Part shown: piece by piece, positions 1-11,441 of the stretch
How the letters are laid out: each line of letters starts with the position of its first letter
Numbering within the stretch: the stretch's first letter is position 1
Source of the DNA: Syntrophorhabdaceae bacterium
Lineage (GTDB): Bacteria > Desulfobacterota > Syntrophorhabdia > Syntrophorhabdales > Syntrophorhabdaceae
Assembly: GCA_963665295.1 (NCBI GenBank)
Contig: OY762209.1
Span: 1,216,001 to 1,280,000, forward strand
Direction: 5' to 3'
Length of the DNA: 64,000 bases
The notes under the pieces: model-generated
The model's database searches: none
What the model was told of the DNA's origin: nothing
Seen by the model: only the letters and a program-made list of their open reading frames with translations
Position numbers and translations under genes: made by a program

Positions 1-1596
<1,596 letters not shown>

Positions 1597-1626
1597 CGTA
1601 TCACGCTCCTTCCAGAATTTTGTTTG

Positions 1627-1653
1627 TTGGCAATAAGCCGAATTGATTGCTAA
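1627..1653 (-). promoter_or_regulatory. CIRCE-like HrcA operator
   Basis: Minus strand TTAGCAATC-N9-TATTGCCAA versus consensus TTAGCACTC-N9-GAGTGCTAA, between the promoter and groES. Confidence 0.8.
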
Positions 1654-1657
1654 TGAT

Positions 1658-1687
1658 AGTATAGTGATTGGAACAGGTTTTTGTCAA
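1658..1687 (-). promoter_or_regulatory. sigma70-type promoter of groESL
   Basis: Minus strand TTGACA-N18-TATACT immediately upstream of the CIRCE-like site. Confidence 0.65.
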
Positions 1688-1698
1688 GTCCCAAGGGA

Positions 1699-2478
1699 CT
1701 AAATTTTCATGAGCAGGTTGACGCCCTCTTTGTACCAGCGGGAGAATTGTTTGTTTTCGATCATATTCGCCTCCCGGTCGTTCCGGATGGAAGCGAAGAT
1801 CTCGTCCTTGTCTATCTCGATGTTGTACTCCGTTTCGGCCTGGGCGGCAAGCCGGTCCAGCATGGCGGAAAGGGCTTTATCGAGGTCGCCGCCACAGAGC
1901 CAGAGGCCCCACCACTCGGCGAATATGTTCCGTATGGCCTTCGGCTGCCTGTCGTAATAGCTCGCGAGGCAGGGGACCCAGGTTTTGAGGCATGTCCGTG
2001 ATTCGTCGAATATCTCCTCTACCCTGGGGTAGCGCTCCATAATGTCCATCTCGATCCTGATCTTCTGTATAAATCCCTGTATGATGCTCTCGGGACCGTG
2101 CTTCTTCACGTAGACCTTGTCCTTGAGGCTGTTCCATACCTCGATTACAGGGTAGATCTCCATGTTTTCCTTCGAGTAGTTGACGATTTCAAGGTTCCTG
2201 ATCGAGGGTTTCGCCTTGTCGGGGACCCCGTAAAGGAGGAGGCCCAGGAGGTCGGAGACCACGTGCATGAGGAGGGACCTGTTCTTCGGCCTCATGGCAG
2301 GGAACATGTAGCATATGAACTCGTTAAGCTCCAGGGCTTCCACGAGGTGGTCCTTCTTGTATTTCGGGTCGAGGTGTTTTATCGCGTCGATGGCGAGGGT
2401 CACCGTGCACATGGGGACGAGGTCATCCTTGTTCTTGACGAATTCGCACACATCGAGGATATGTCTTCTCGGCAGCAT
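1699..2478 (-). CDS. Hypothetical protein, 259 aa
   Basis: Long ORF whose start overlaps the stop of the DnaJ-family gene (TGATG coupling); no recognised family. Confidence 0.8.
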   Translation of the reverse strand: MLPRRHILDVCEFVKNKDDLVPMCTVTLAIDAIKHLDPKYKKDHLVEALELNEFICYMFPAMRPKNRSLLMHVVSDLLGLLLYGVPDKAKPSIRNLEIVNYSKENMEIYPVIEVWNSLKDKVYVKKHGPESIIQGFIQKIRIEMDIMERYPRVEEIFDESRTCLKTWVPCLASYYDRQPKAIRNIFAEWWGLWLCGGDLDKALSAMLDRLAAQAETEYNIEIDKDEIFASIRNDREANMIENKQFSRWYKEGVNLLMKI

Positions 2479-3416
2479 CAGAGTCCTTCCTTCCTGAGTT
2501 CATCGACAAGGGTTTTCTGCTTTTCCGTGAGTTTCTTGGGTACGTCGAGGACAACCTGCACATATTGGTCTCCCGGGACCCCTTTGTCAAGGGCGGGGAC
2601 GCCGAGACCTTTCAACCGCACCTTGGCGCTGCTCTTCGTGCCCGCCGGGATCTTGACGCGCTTGTGGCCGTCGATGGACGGGACTTCCACTTCCGCCCCG
2701 AGGAGGGCATCGGTGATCTTTATCTCCTTCGTCACGTAAAGGTCGTTTCCCACCCGTTTGAACACGGGGTGCTCCCCGACTTTCATGGTGATATACAGGT
2801 CGCCCTTCGCGCCCGTGCGGGGGTCGGTATTGCCTTTCCCCTGAAGACGGAGTTTCTTGCCTGTGGAGATGCCCGGGGGTATCTTCACGTTTACCTCTTC
2901 GCTCCCGTAAGGCGTGGTGAAAGCGACGCTCTTCTGGCTCCCCTTGATGGCGTCCATGAAGGGAATTTCCAGTTCATAATGAAGGTCCAGGCCCGCGCCG
3001 CGTCCTTCGGGCTGTTCCCGGGTGATGAAGTCGCGGAAGTCGTAACCCGGCTGCTGCTGCTGTCTCTGCCTGCCGCCGCCCCGGCGCCCGAAGATGTTGT
3101 TGAACATGTCCCCGCCGCCGAAGCCGAGGTCCCTGAAAAGGTCCTCCATCTTGAACCCTTTGAATATGTCCTCTTCGGAATATCTCTGCTGAAAGCCGCC
3201 CATGCCGTACGTATCGTACTGGGTCCTCTTGTCTTTATCGGAGAGGACCGCGTAGGCTTCGCTTATCTCCTTGAATTTTTCTTCAGCGCTCTTATCGCCG
3301 GGATTCTTGTCGGGATGGTACTTCAAGGCAAGCTTTCTGTACGCCTTCTTCAGTTCTTCGCCCGAAACATCCTTCGATACGCCCAGGATCTGATAATAGT
3401 CTTTCTTACCTGCCAT
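2478..3416 (-). CDS. DnaJ-family chaperone without zinc finger (CbpA-like)
   Basis: J domain with HPD (KYHPDKNPG), G/F-rich linker, C-terminal DnaJ domain, no CxxCxGxG repeats; alternative GTG start at 3428. Confidence 0.92.
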   Translation of the reverse strand: MAGKKDYYQILGVSKDVSGEELKKAYRKLALKYHPDKNPGDKSAEEKFKEISEAYAVLSDKDKRTQYDTYGMGGFQQRYSEEDIFKGFKMEDLFRDLGFGGGDMFNNIFGRRGGGRQRQQQQPGYDFRDFITREQPEGRGAGLDLHYELEIPFMDAIKGSQKSVAFTTPYGSEEVNVKIPPGISTGKKLRLQGKGNTDPRTGAKGDLYITMKVGEHPVFKRVGNDLYVTKEIKITDALLGAEVEVPSIDGHKRVKIPAGTKSSAKVRLKGLGVPALDKGVPGDQYVQVVLDVPKKLTEKQKTLVDELRKEGL

Positions 3417-4245
3417 TCTCTTCACCACCTAAGATAGCGATATATGACCCCATGGGGTGACCCGCGGTCTTCGCCACGGCGTCGCACTTTATCTTCATTA
3501 CGTGTATTACGGGACGGTCGGGGCCGAACTCGCTCAGGGTCTCATAATTGCCCATGCCTTTCGCGATTACCACGGAATCCCCTTCCCACAAGTCCTTTAG
3601 CGCGCCTTTGATGTCGGCCTTTCTCAAGCCTACCTCTCCCGTGCCGGTGGAGATGATGTTATCACAGAACGACGCGAGATTAAAGGAGGTAACCTCTTTC
3701 AGGGACAGGTCGTTCTGGACCGGGTGCTCCCGGGCCGCATAAGATACCCGCTTGCCGAGGCCTTCGAGATAACGCATGAGCTTGATGTCGAAAAAGAAGT
3801 CGCCCACATTGTCGCCCAGTATCAGGACCTCTCTTCCTCTAATATAAATCTCCTCGGCGATTTTTTCCACAGATGCGATGAAATGGAAGTGCTCCGGGTC
3901 GAAGGCCGCGTCGTCGAGGAAATAGTCCGTGGAATTTCCCAGGGCGGAAAACCTGAGCGCCCCCTCGAGGGTATCCTCGAAGAGCCCCTTCGTCTCCCGG
4001 ACCGCCTTGCGGGCCTTCACGAACTCCCGTAGTTTCACCGGCTCAAAAGGGTCGTAAGCGCCGGTCAGTTCCTTGATGTATGCAAGGAGACTGTTGGCAA
4101 TGAAGGGCGGTGTGTCTCCTCCTCCGAAGAGTTCGTCGAGGCGGGCGACGGCAGCGGAAAGGGCGTCCCCGTCCCCGAAGGAAAGGGCCACGGTCTTTTC
4201 CACAAGCCCCTTCAGACAGCCATAGCAGTCTTCCGTCACTTTCAT
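3406..4245 (-). CDS. DUF89/ARMT1-like damage-control phosphatase
   Basis: N-terminal CxxC (DCYGC), [23 protein letters not shown] and KIKC motifs. Confidence 0.85.
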   Translation of the reverse strand: MKVTEDCYGCLKGLVEKTVALSFGDGDALSAAVARLDELFGGGDTPPFIANSLLAYIKELTGAYDPFEPVKLREFVKARKAVRETKGLFEDTLEGALRFSALGNSTDYFLDDAAFDPEHFHFIASVEKIAEEIYIRGREVLILGDNVGDFFFDIKLMRYLEGLGKRVSYAAREHPVQNDLSLKEVTSFNLASFCDNIISTGTGEVGLRKADIKGALKDLWEGDSVVIAKGMGNYETLSEFGPDRPVIHVMKIKCDAVAKTAGHPMGSYIAILGGEENGR

Positions 4246-4474
4246 AGTCATTAGAATATACCTAAAATAAAGACCAATGCAACGAAACATTGAAAGAGAC
4301 CCTGGCCATGCCTCGCACGGCGGGCGCGAGGGGCGGCTCCATCGGCTTCCGGTGGAAGGGTCTTCCATGACATTTCCCTTCCGGGAGGAAGGAGGGCGGG
4401 AAAGAGAATTCAGGAGACTCCCGTGCAGATGATAGTTGAAATATTTTCATTTTGTGCCATAATGGGAGGAGACT

Positions 4475-4819
4475 ATGCTCTTACTCCTTAAATGGCTGAT
4501 TATGACCGTGTCCATCATGGCGGCGTGCTATGTGATCCCCGGCGTGGTGGTGAGCGGCTTCTTCGCGGCCATGTGGGTCGCCCTGTTCCTCGGGATCGTG
4601 AACGTGCTCATAAGACCCGTTCTCATACTCGTCACCCTTCCCATCAATATCCTTACCCTGGGTCTGTTCACCTTTGTCATCAACGCCGTCCTCATACTTC
4701 TCGCGTCCTCAGTGATAAAGGGTTTTCAGGTGAACGGCTTCTGGAGCGCCATGTTTTACAGCATCGTGGTGTCCATAGTAAACTACATCCTCGGGCACCT
4801 GCTCGGGACCTCCCGTTAA
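4475..4819 (+). CDS. YvlD/phage-holin-family membrane protein
   Basis: 114-aa hydrophobic protein with RPVLILVTLPINILTLGLFTFVINA signature. Confidence 0.85.
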   Translation: MLLLLKWLIMTVSIMAACYVIPGVVVSGFFAAMWVALFLGIVNVLIRPVLILVTLPINILTLGLFTFVINAVLILLASSVIKGFQVNGFWSAMFYSIVVSIVNYILGHLLGTSR

Positions 4820-4956
4820 CCTTAACCCCCGATACCTCTCAGCCCTTTGATCGTTCCCGCGTTTCGGGAATAATCGCACGGACCGGAACGCCGGCCTCTC
4901 TCCGCCCCCATCTCAACGGGGAACAGGAAAGGGGCGCGGCAACAACCGGTGCGTGC

Positions 4957-5706
4957 TTATGCGGCGAGGTCGGTGCGGCGCACGATCTCGCCGCGGGCGC
5001 TCACAACGACCACCTCCACGGGTATCTTCGTGCCCGACAGGGCCAGGCCCTCTTTCACGACGAGGGGAAGGCGCGAGCAGCAGGGGACTTCCATGATGAG
5101 GACGGTAACGTCCTTTATTCCTGCGGTGAGAAAGATATCCCTGAACTTCCGGGCGTACTCCTCCGTATCGTCGAACTTGGGGCAGCCGATGAGGACCGTT
5201 TTTCCTCTCAGGAAGTCCCTGTGGAAGTCCGGGCAGGCGACGGGCGCGCAGTCCGCGGCCACGAGCAGACGGGCCCCCTTGAGGAAGGGCGCGGTGGGGG
5301 GCACGAGTCTGATCTGGACGGGCCAATGAGAAAGGGCCGAAGGGGCGGCCTTGCCGGAGTCCTGAAGACCGGCGACGTCCGCGGGGGCGGAGAAGACCTG
5401 CACGTGGGATGAGGGGCAGCCGCAGGGAAGGAACTCCAGCGGGGGCCTGGGCGCCTCTTTTCCGGTCTTCAAATGTTCCTCCACCGCCGCGGCGTCGAAC
5501 ACGTCGGCCTCGCGCTCTACGATGGCGAGGGCCCCTTCGGGACACTCGCCGATGCAGGCGCCCAGTCCGTCGCAGTAAGTCTCCTTCACCACGCGGGCCT
5601 TGCCGCCGGTGATCTCTATGGCGCCCTCGGCGCAGGCCGTTGCGCAGATCCCACAGCCGTTGCATTTTGTCTCGTCGATCTCGATTATCTTCCTTTGTAT
5701 CTTCAT
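4957..5706 (-). CDS. 4Fe-4S ferredoxin-domain protein
   Basis: CNGCGICATAC and CDGLGACIGECP clusters; HWPVQIRLV, GCPKFDD and MEVPCC motifs. Confidence 0.9.
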   Translation of the reverse strand: MKIQRKIIEIDETKCNGCGICATACAEGAIEITGGKARVVKETYCDGLGACIGECPEGALAIVEREADVFDAAAVEEHLKTGKEAPRPPLEFLPCGCPSSHVQVFSAPADVAGLQDSGKAAPSALSHWPVQIRLVPPTAPFLKGARLLVAADCAPVACPDFHRDFLRGKTVLIGCPKFDDTEEYARKFRDIFLTAGIKDVTVLIMEVPCCSRLPLVVKEGLALSGTKIPVEVVVVSARGEIVRRTDLAA

Positions 5707-5774
5707 ATCCGCCTCCAGGCACGCTCACGGCCCCAAAACCTTCGGGCCCATGGTGCGTTTTCTTTTATGATTAC

Positions 5775-5816
5775 ATTATAAGGCAACCCGCGGGCAGGGG
5801 ATATGACTTAAGTCAA
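5775..5816 (-). promoter_or_regulatory. Crp/Fnr-type palindrome with -10 box upstream of the ferredoxin gene
   Basis: TGACTTAAGTCA at 5804-5815 and minus-strand TATAAT at 5775-5780; spacing puts the palindrome centre near -41.5. Confidence 0.55.
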
Positions 5817-6081
5817 AAGGGCGGGAAAGTTCCCGCAGGGTTGCGGGCCGGGTCGCCGGGACCCGCATGGGAGGCCCTTCGAAATTGTATCCATCCTATT
5901 TGGGTTGACAAAGGGAGCTTTCGGGCTTTAATATAGTGAGAGACGTAATGGAAGTATGCGACTTTACGGTAGTTTTACGAAGTGAATGTGTGTGACAGGG
6001 ACCGGATTTCCGGAAATAAAAGAACACACGAGGGAACCAATAAGCACGAATCAGAGTAAACCGGATAAGGAGGAACACGGG

Positions 6082-6312
6082 ATGGCAGGAAAAATCTTTT
6101 ACAGGGAGCGGGAGAAGGTTACGGAAAGCAAGAAACAGCCGAGGTTTAAACTCATCGCGGTTGCCGACGTCAACCTGAAGGTTTACGGCAAACACCTGAG
6201 GAGAAGCGAGTTGGAGCAGATTGCTGCGGCTGTGGGGGCCGAGCTTATCCTCCTTACTCACGGGGACAAGAAGTACAAAGAAGAAGACGAGGACGTGGAA
6301 GTGAAAGAGTAG
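6082..6312 (+). CDS. Small hypothetical protein (76 aa)
   Basis: Strong RBS (AAGGAGG) before ATG 6082; MAGKIFYREREK... Confidence 0.75.
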   Translation: MAGKIFYREREKVTESKKQPRFKLIAVADVNLKVYGKHLRRSELEQIAAAVGAELILLTHGDKKYKEEDEDVEVKE

Positions 6313-6387
6313 AAGGCCGGTCCGCGGGGCAGGTCCGTTTCCTGAGCAACCGCAGGGGGTACTATAAATTAAGGGTGGTGCAACAAG

Positions 6388-7218
6388 ATGACACTAGTAA
6401 GAGACCGGGATGGCCGGCGTCTGCACATCAAAAGCAGGCTCATGGGCGAGAGCCTTGTGAGTAAATCGTTTATCGACGGATTGGCCGTGGCGCCCCAGAA
6501 GAGGCTTTTCCCTGATGTGAACATATTGAAAATAGGGGGCCAGTCGATATGCGACCGGGGCGCGAAAGCCCTTCCCGCTGTTATCAATGAGATTGCGGCA
6601 AACAAGCAGGACCATAAGATGCTCATAACCACGGGCGGGGGCACGAGAAGCCGCCATATTTACGCCATAGGCCTCGAACTCGGCATGCCCACGGGCATTC
6701 TCGCGAAATTCGGGAACTCCATATCCGAGCAGAACGCCCTCCTTGTCACCATGCTCCTCGCGCAGCACGGCGGGATCAAGATCGGGCACGACGAGATCGT
6801 GAAGCTCACGAGTTATTTCGTGCAGGGCTGCATTCCCGTCATGCACGGTATGCCGCCCTATGATTATTTCGCCATCCCTCCGGGGAAGGGCAGGATACCC
6901 TTGCACCGCACGGACGTGGGCACCATCATCCTTGCCGACCTGATCGGCGTGAAGAACTGCATCTTTGTGAAAGACGAGCGGGGCCTCTTTACGGGCGACC
7001 CGAAGAAGAGCCCCGACGAGACATTTATCCCGGAAATAGGCGCGAAAACCCTCATGGAGAAGGACCAGGACGACCTGATCATCGAGCGGCCCTGCCTGGA
7101 GATCCTCCAGAATAGCGAGGTCCTTGAACGGATCACCATCATCAACGGCCTGGAAGAGGGAAATATCACCCGCGCCCTGAACGGCGAGACGGTAGGGACG
7201 GTCATTTTCAAGGAGTGA
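6388..7218 (+). CDS. Molybdenum storage protein subunit-like / amino-acid (uridylate) kinase fold
   Basis: KIGGQSICDRG, TGGGTRSRHIY, SEQNA, GMPPY, HRTDVG, KDERGLFTGDPKK motifs resemble MoSto subunits. Confidence 0.8.
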   Translation: MTLVRDRDGRRLHIKSRLMGESLVSKSFIDGLAVAPQKRLFPDVNILKIGGQSICDRGAKALPAVINEIAANKQDHKMLITTGGGTRSRHIYAIGLELGMPTGILAKFGNSISEQNALLVTMLLAQHGGIKIGHDEIVKLTSYFVQGCIPVMHGMPPYDYFAIPPGKGRIPLHRTDVGTIILADLIGVKNCIFVKDERGLFTGDPKKSPDETFIPEIGAKTLMEKDQDDLIIERPCLEILQNSEVLERITIINGLEEGNITRALNGETVGTVIFKE

Positions 7219-7337
7219 CCCTTCAGCCCGCGAACTTCTTTTCAAAAGGGCGTTCCTTCCCGATGGAAGGGGAATCGCAGGCGTGAGGCCCAAAGGCAAG
7301 GGGATGGTTGTGTGCAGGCAGGCGAACCAGCGACGCC

Positions 7338-8631
7338 GGCAATGTCAAGACTTATGTGTCAGCGAGAAAATGGGGGACGTCCCCTTCGATCTGTTCTCAT
7401 ACATGAAGATGGCATAGAGAATCCTGTCCATGCTCGTTTTATCACTGAACACCCCCATAGGTCTCGTCCTCCTCTTCACCTCTTTGAATCTCCTTTCTAT
7501 GAGGTTGGTAGTGCGTATGCTCTTCCGGAAGGCAAGGTCCTTAAACATGAAACAGGTAAAGAGATCATCAATATCGGCAAAGAGGCACGTCACCGCATCA
7601 GGGTACGTGTCTTTCCATTTCTCTTTCCATAGCCCCGCATATTTCCTCGCCTCACGGATATGGGCGGCATTATAGATATCTCGTAGTCCTTCCCTTACCG
7701 CGTCCTGATCCTTCCTCTTTACCTTATCGGTGATGTTACGTATCTTATGAGCCCAGCAGCGCTGGATGGGGATGGAGGTATAATAATGACGGAGAACGGA
7801 AAGGAGTCCCTTTCCCCCGTCTACCGAGACTACCTCCACATTCTTCCCGGTGAGCCCTCTTGCAGAGAGATCACGAAGGAAGACATCCCATTCTGCGCTG
7901 CTCTCGGAGGAGGCAAGGCGGAAGTCGATGACCTCTTTCCTGCCGTCCTCGCGTATGCCCAGGACTACGAGGACAGGTCTCTTTGCGGCCCCCATGCCGG
8001 TCTTCCTGGAGAGGACCACCCCATCCAAGATGAGCGCCTTGTAGATATTGGAGAGATGTCTCCTGTGGAATGCGGCCACATCCGCGTCGAGTGTCTTTAC
8101 CACCCTGCTCACCGTACCGGGGCTCACCTTCTCCCCGAGAATGGTAAGGAGCGTTGCTCCTACCTTCCTGGTGGAGAGACCCAACAAGAAGCAGGAGAGG
8201 ATGAGCCGGTCTACTTCCTTGCTTCTCCTCGCATAGGCTTCAATCACGTGAATCGGGTTATAGGTCCGCGTCCGGGGTATAGAGAGGGCTATATCTCCTA
8301 TCTCGGTCAGCACGTGCCTGGGGTAACTTCCGTTCCTTCTGTCTGCTCCTTCGGGTACACGACCAAGATAATCGCTTATGGACTCCTTCATACGGTCCCG
8401 GAGGAAATTCCCTATGGCGTTGCGTCCGACCTCCCGGTAGTCATCGGTCCACCGCTCTTCTGAAAAACCATCCATTTCCTTTACCATTTTCATTGCCTGT
8501 GATAGATTGTTTACCATTACATGCTGATTCATTCGGGGTACCTCCTCCTTGTCTATGTGCTTGGCGGTGCAAACGGCAAAGATCGAATGGTACCCCATCT
8601 TCTTTCTTGACACAAGAGATTGTACATTGCC
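7338..8631 (-). mobile_element. IS256-family insertion sequence, 1294 bp
   Basis: Imperfect terminal inverted repeats starting GGCAATGT at both ends; 8-bp direct repeat GCGACGCC at 7330-7337 and 8632-8639. Confidence 0.93.
7345..8532 (-). CDS. IS256-family DDE transposase
   Basis: RNGSYPR, IPRTR, GLSTRKV, LDGV, SVDGGKGL, QRCWAHK, RTTNLIER motifs; RBS GGAGG before ATG 8532. Confidence 0.95.
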   Translation of the reverse strand: MNQHVMVNNLSQAMKMVKEMDGFSEERWTDDYREVGRNAIGNFLRDRMKESISDYLGRVPEGADRRNGSYPRHVLTEIGDIALSIPRTRTYNPIHVIEAYARRSKEVDRLILSCFLLGLSTRKVGATLLTILGEKVSPGTVSRVVKTLDADVAAFHRRHLSNIYKALILDGVVLSRKTGMGAAKRPVLVVLGIREDGRKEVIDFRLASSESSAEWDVFLRDLSARGLTGKNVEVVSVDGGKGLLSVLRHYYTSIPIQRCWAHKIRNITDKVKRKDQDAVREGLRDIYNAAHIREARKYAGLWKEKWKDTYPDAVTCLFADIDDLFTCFMFKDLAFRKSIRTTNLIERRFKEVKRRTRPMGVFSDKTSMDRILYAIFMYENRSKGTSPIFSLTHKS

Positions 8632-8646
8632 GCGACGCCATCGTTG

Positions 8647-8676
8647 TTGACAAAGTGGTACCTGTCCGGATATAAT
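8647..8676 (+). promoter_or_regulatory. sigma70 promoter of the leuA leader
   Basis: TTGACA-N18-TATAAT. Confidence 0.8.
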
Positions 8677-8682
8677 AGCCTT

Positions 8683-8763
8683 ATGAAGGCTTTGAAACTC
8701 CTCCTCGCAGTGCGACTCGACAGCTTCGACTTCGACCGGAGCCGTTGCTGGGGAGGGTTTTAG
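8683..8763 (+). CDS. Putative leucine attenuator leader peptide MKALKLLLAVRLDSFDFDRSRCWGGF
   Basis: 26-aa ORF with four Leu codons in five positions, between promoter and terminator upstream of leuA. Confidence 0.7.
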   Translation: MKALKLLLAVRLDSFDFDRSRCWGGF

Positions 8764-8803
8764 AGACCGCTTTAAGACATAACCAGTAACAGCGTGGAGC
8801 ATC

Positions 8804-8836
8804 AAGGCCACGGGCTTCGGTCCGTGGCCTTTTTTT
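8804..8836 (+). terminator. Attenuator intrinsic terminator
   Basis: AAGGCCACGGG-CTTCGG-TCCGTGGCCTT hairpin followed by a T run, about 55 nt before leuA. Confidence 0.85.
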
Positions 8837-8890
8837 GTTTTGTGCGCCCTGCGGGAAGGACGCGCCTATTTCATAAAAAGGAGGACCCAC

Positions 8891-10573
8891 ATGAAGAGTA
8901 TGCCCGTTCACAAGTACAAGCCTTACGAGGGCGTCGAACTGCCGGGGCGCACCTGGCCGGGAAGGACGATAGAGTCCGCCCCCTACTGGTGCAGCGTCGA
9001 TTTGAGGGACGGCAATCAGGCCCTTATCGACCCCATGAGCCTGGACGAAAAACTGGAGGTCTACAGGCTCCTCCTCGAAATAGGGTTCAAGGAGATCGAA
9101 GTGGGGTTTCCCTCTGCCTCAGCCACGGAGTTCGAGTTTCTCCGGCTCCTGGTGGAAAAGGACCTGATACCGGACGATGTGACCATCCAGGTGCTGACCC
9201 AGGCACGGGAACGCCTGATAAGGAAGACCTTCGAGGCATTGAGGGGGGTGAAGCGGTCCATAGTCCACCTCTACAACTCCACCTCCACTCTCCAGCGCCG
9301 GGTGGTGTTCGGCAAGGATATGCCGGGCATCATCGCCATGGCGGTGGAAGGGGCGAGGATCATTAAGGAGGAGGCGGTGCGCGCGGCAAAGGCTGAAGGC
9401 ACGGAGATTGCCTACGAGTACAGCCCCGAGAGCTTCACAGGCACGGAACTCGACTTTTCCCTGGAGATATGCGAGGCAGTGGCCGGGGTCTGGAAGCCCA
9501 CCCCAGGGCAGAGGATGATCGTTAACCTGCCCGCCACAGTGGAGATGTCCACCCCCAATGTGTACGCGGACCGGATCGAATGGTTCTCGACCCACATGAA
9601 GGGGAGGGAATCGGTGATCCTGAGTGTTCACCCCCATAACGACCGGGGGACGGCAGTGGCTGCCGCGGAACTTGCCCTCATGGCAGGGGCCGAGCGGGTC
9701 GAGGGCACCCTCTTCGGCAACGGCGAGCGGACGGGCAACGTGGACCTGGTTACCCTTGCTCTCAACATGCTCTCCCAGGGCGTTGATCCCCGCCTTGACC
9801 TCCACGACATCAACCGGGTGATCGAAACGTGCGAGAGGTGCACGAGGCTGCCTGTCCACATGCGCCACCCCTATGCGGGCGACCTTGTGTACACTGCTTT
9901 TTCCGGATCCCACCAGGATGCGATACACAAAGGCATGAAGGTATACCGGGAGGCGAAGTCCGTGTACTGGGAGGTGCCTTACCTTCCCATCGACCCCTCG
10001 GACGTGGGGAGGACTTACGAGTCGATCATCAGGATCAACAGCCAGTCGGGCAAAGGGGGCATTGCCTACGTGCTCGAGAAGGAGTATGGGATGATCCTCC
10101 CCAAGCAGATGCACCCTGAGTTTGCGGGCATAATCCAGAAGATTTCCGACGCGGAGGGGACGGAGATATTGCGGGACGCGATCTGGGAGGCCTTTGAGAA
10201 GGAATACCTGGGCCGCACGGAGCCCCTCTCGCTCAAAAGATGCGCGGTAAAGGCGGACGGCGACCGGTGCGCGCCGTCCGGGGCCTCCATCGAGGCGGTT
10301 ATTGTCGAAGGCGGCCGGGAGAGGACGATCCGGGGCGAGGGCAACGGCCCCATAGATGCCTTCACCAATGCGGTCCGGTGTCTCGGCTTCGATTTCCGGC
10401 TCGCCGACTACCACGAACACGCCCTGTCGCAGGGCTCGGATTCGCTGGCCGCCGCCTATGTGCGCATGGAGGACGGCGAAGGACGCTCCTGGTGGGGCGT
10501 GGGACTGGACGGGAGCATCGATCTTGCCTCCTTCAAGGCTATCTTGAGCGCCCTTAACAGGGCGGCGGGTTGA
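8891..10573 (+). CDS. leuA: 2-isopropylmalate synthase
   Basis: WCSVDLRDGNQAL, HPHNDRG, GNGERTGN, RINSQSGKGG motifs plus C-terminal regulatory domain. Confidence 0.96.
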   Translation: MKSMPVHKYKPYEGVELPGRTWPGRTIESAPYWCSVDLRDGNQALIDPMSLDEKLEVYRLLLEIGFKEIEVGFPSASATEFEFLRLLVEKDLIPDDVTIQVLTQARERLIRKTFEALRGVKRSIVHLYNSTSTLQRRVVFGKDMPGIIAMAVEGARIIKEEAVRAAKAEGTEIAYEYSPESFTGTELDFSLEICEAVAGVWKPTPGQRMIVNLPATVEMSTPNVYADRIEWFSTHMKGRESVILSVHPHNDRGTAVAAAELALMAGAERVEGTLFGNGERTGNVDLVTLALNMLSQGVDPRLDLHDINRVIETCERCTRLPVHMRHPYAGDLVYTAFSGSHQDAIHKGMKVYREAKSVYWEVPYLPIDPSDVGRTYESIIRINSQSGKGGIAYVLEKEYGMILPKQMHPEFAGIIQKISDAEGTEILRDAIWEAFEKEYLGRTEPLSLKRCAVKADGDRCAPSGASIEAVIVEGGRERTIRGEGNGPIDAFTNAVRCLGFDFRLADYHEHALSQGSDSLAAAYVRMEDGEGRSWWGVGLDGSIDLASFKAILSALNRAAG

Positions 10574-10652
10574 AACGGAGGGTTATGACGTTTTACGCGG
10601 GGCAGCGGGTCCGGGAGACGAAAGGGGCGCAAATAGGGCGCCCCGGCCCGCC

Positions 10653-11441
10653 CTATTTGCCTTCGAACCTCGGCTTCCTCTTTTCGAGAAAGGCTCGCGC
10701 TGCCTCCTGGTGGTCTTCCGTCTCGGAGAGAAGGGACAACTGGGAGGAGATGTAGTCGAGGTGGGCCCGAAGGGTGCTCGTCTGGGCCTGATACACGGCC
10801 CGCTTCATCATGCGCACCGCGAGGGGCGGTTTGGCGGCCATGACCTCCGCGAACCTCAAGGTCTCCTCCATGAGCTTGTCGTGGGGGGCCACGCGGTTTA
10901 CGATCCCCAGGTCCCGGGCCTCCTCGGCAGTAAGGACATCCCCTGTGAGGAGAAGTTCGAGGGCCTTTGACGTGCCCACCAGCCTTGGAAGGAACCAGGC
11001 GCCGCCATCCCCCGGGATGAGCCCCAGGTTGATGTAAGATTCGGCGAGCCTCGCCCGGTCGGAGGAGACCCTGAAATCACACATGAGGGCCATGTCGAGT
11101 CCCGCGCCCATGGCCGCGCCGTTGATTGCTGCAATGACGGGCTTGTCCAGGTCCTCGAGAGTGAGTGCGATGCGGTGCACGCCGTCCCACAGGAACCTCT
11201 TCATATCCCATGACTTGAGTTTCCCTTCGGCCATATCGCGGATATCGCCGCCGGAGCAGAAGGTCTCGCCCTTGCCCGTCACTATGATTACCCGTACATT
11301 CCGGTCGTCCCGCGCCTTCTCGAGGAAATCCTTCCAGAGGGTGATCATCTCGGGGCTGAAGGCGTTCTTGGCCCGGGGGCGGTTAAGGGTAATGACCGCC
11401 ACCTGTCCCCTCACTTCATACAGCACATGCGCATCTCCCAT
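10653..11441 (-). CDS. Enoyl-CoA hydratase/isomerase family protein
   Basis: TLNRP, FCSGGDI, KPVIAAINGAAMGAG, AFLEKRKP crotonase motifs. Confidence 0.93.
   Translation of the reverse strand: MGDAHVLYEVRGQVAVITLNRPRAKNAFSPEMITLWKDFLEKARDDRNVRVIIVTGKGETFCSGGDIRDMAEGKLKSWDMKRFLWDGVHRIALTLEDLDKPVIAAINGAAMGAGLDMALMCDFRVSSDRARLAESYINLGLIPGDGGAWFLPRLVGTSKALELLLTGDVLTAEEARDLGIVNRVAPHDKLMEETLRFAEVMAAKPPLAVRMMKRAVYQAQTSTLRAHLDYISSQLSLLSETEDHQEAARAFLEKRKPRFEGK

Noticed and set aside
4475..4819. Prophage, suggested by the holin-family gene
   Set aside because: This family is commonly chromosomal and no other phage genes are nearby
5940..6080. Moco/Wco riboswitch or ModE box upstream of the MoSto-like gene
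   Set aside because: No recognisable consensus; only weak short inverted repeats
8533..8811. N-terminal extension of the 488-aa transposase ORF
   Set aside because: Extends beyond the IS end and TSD into the leuA leader; the real start is 8532
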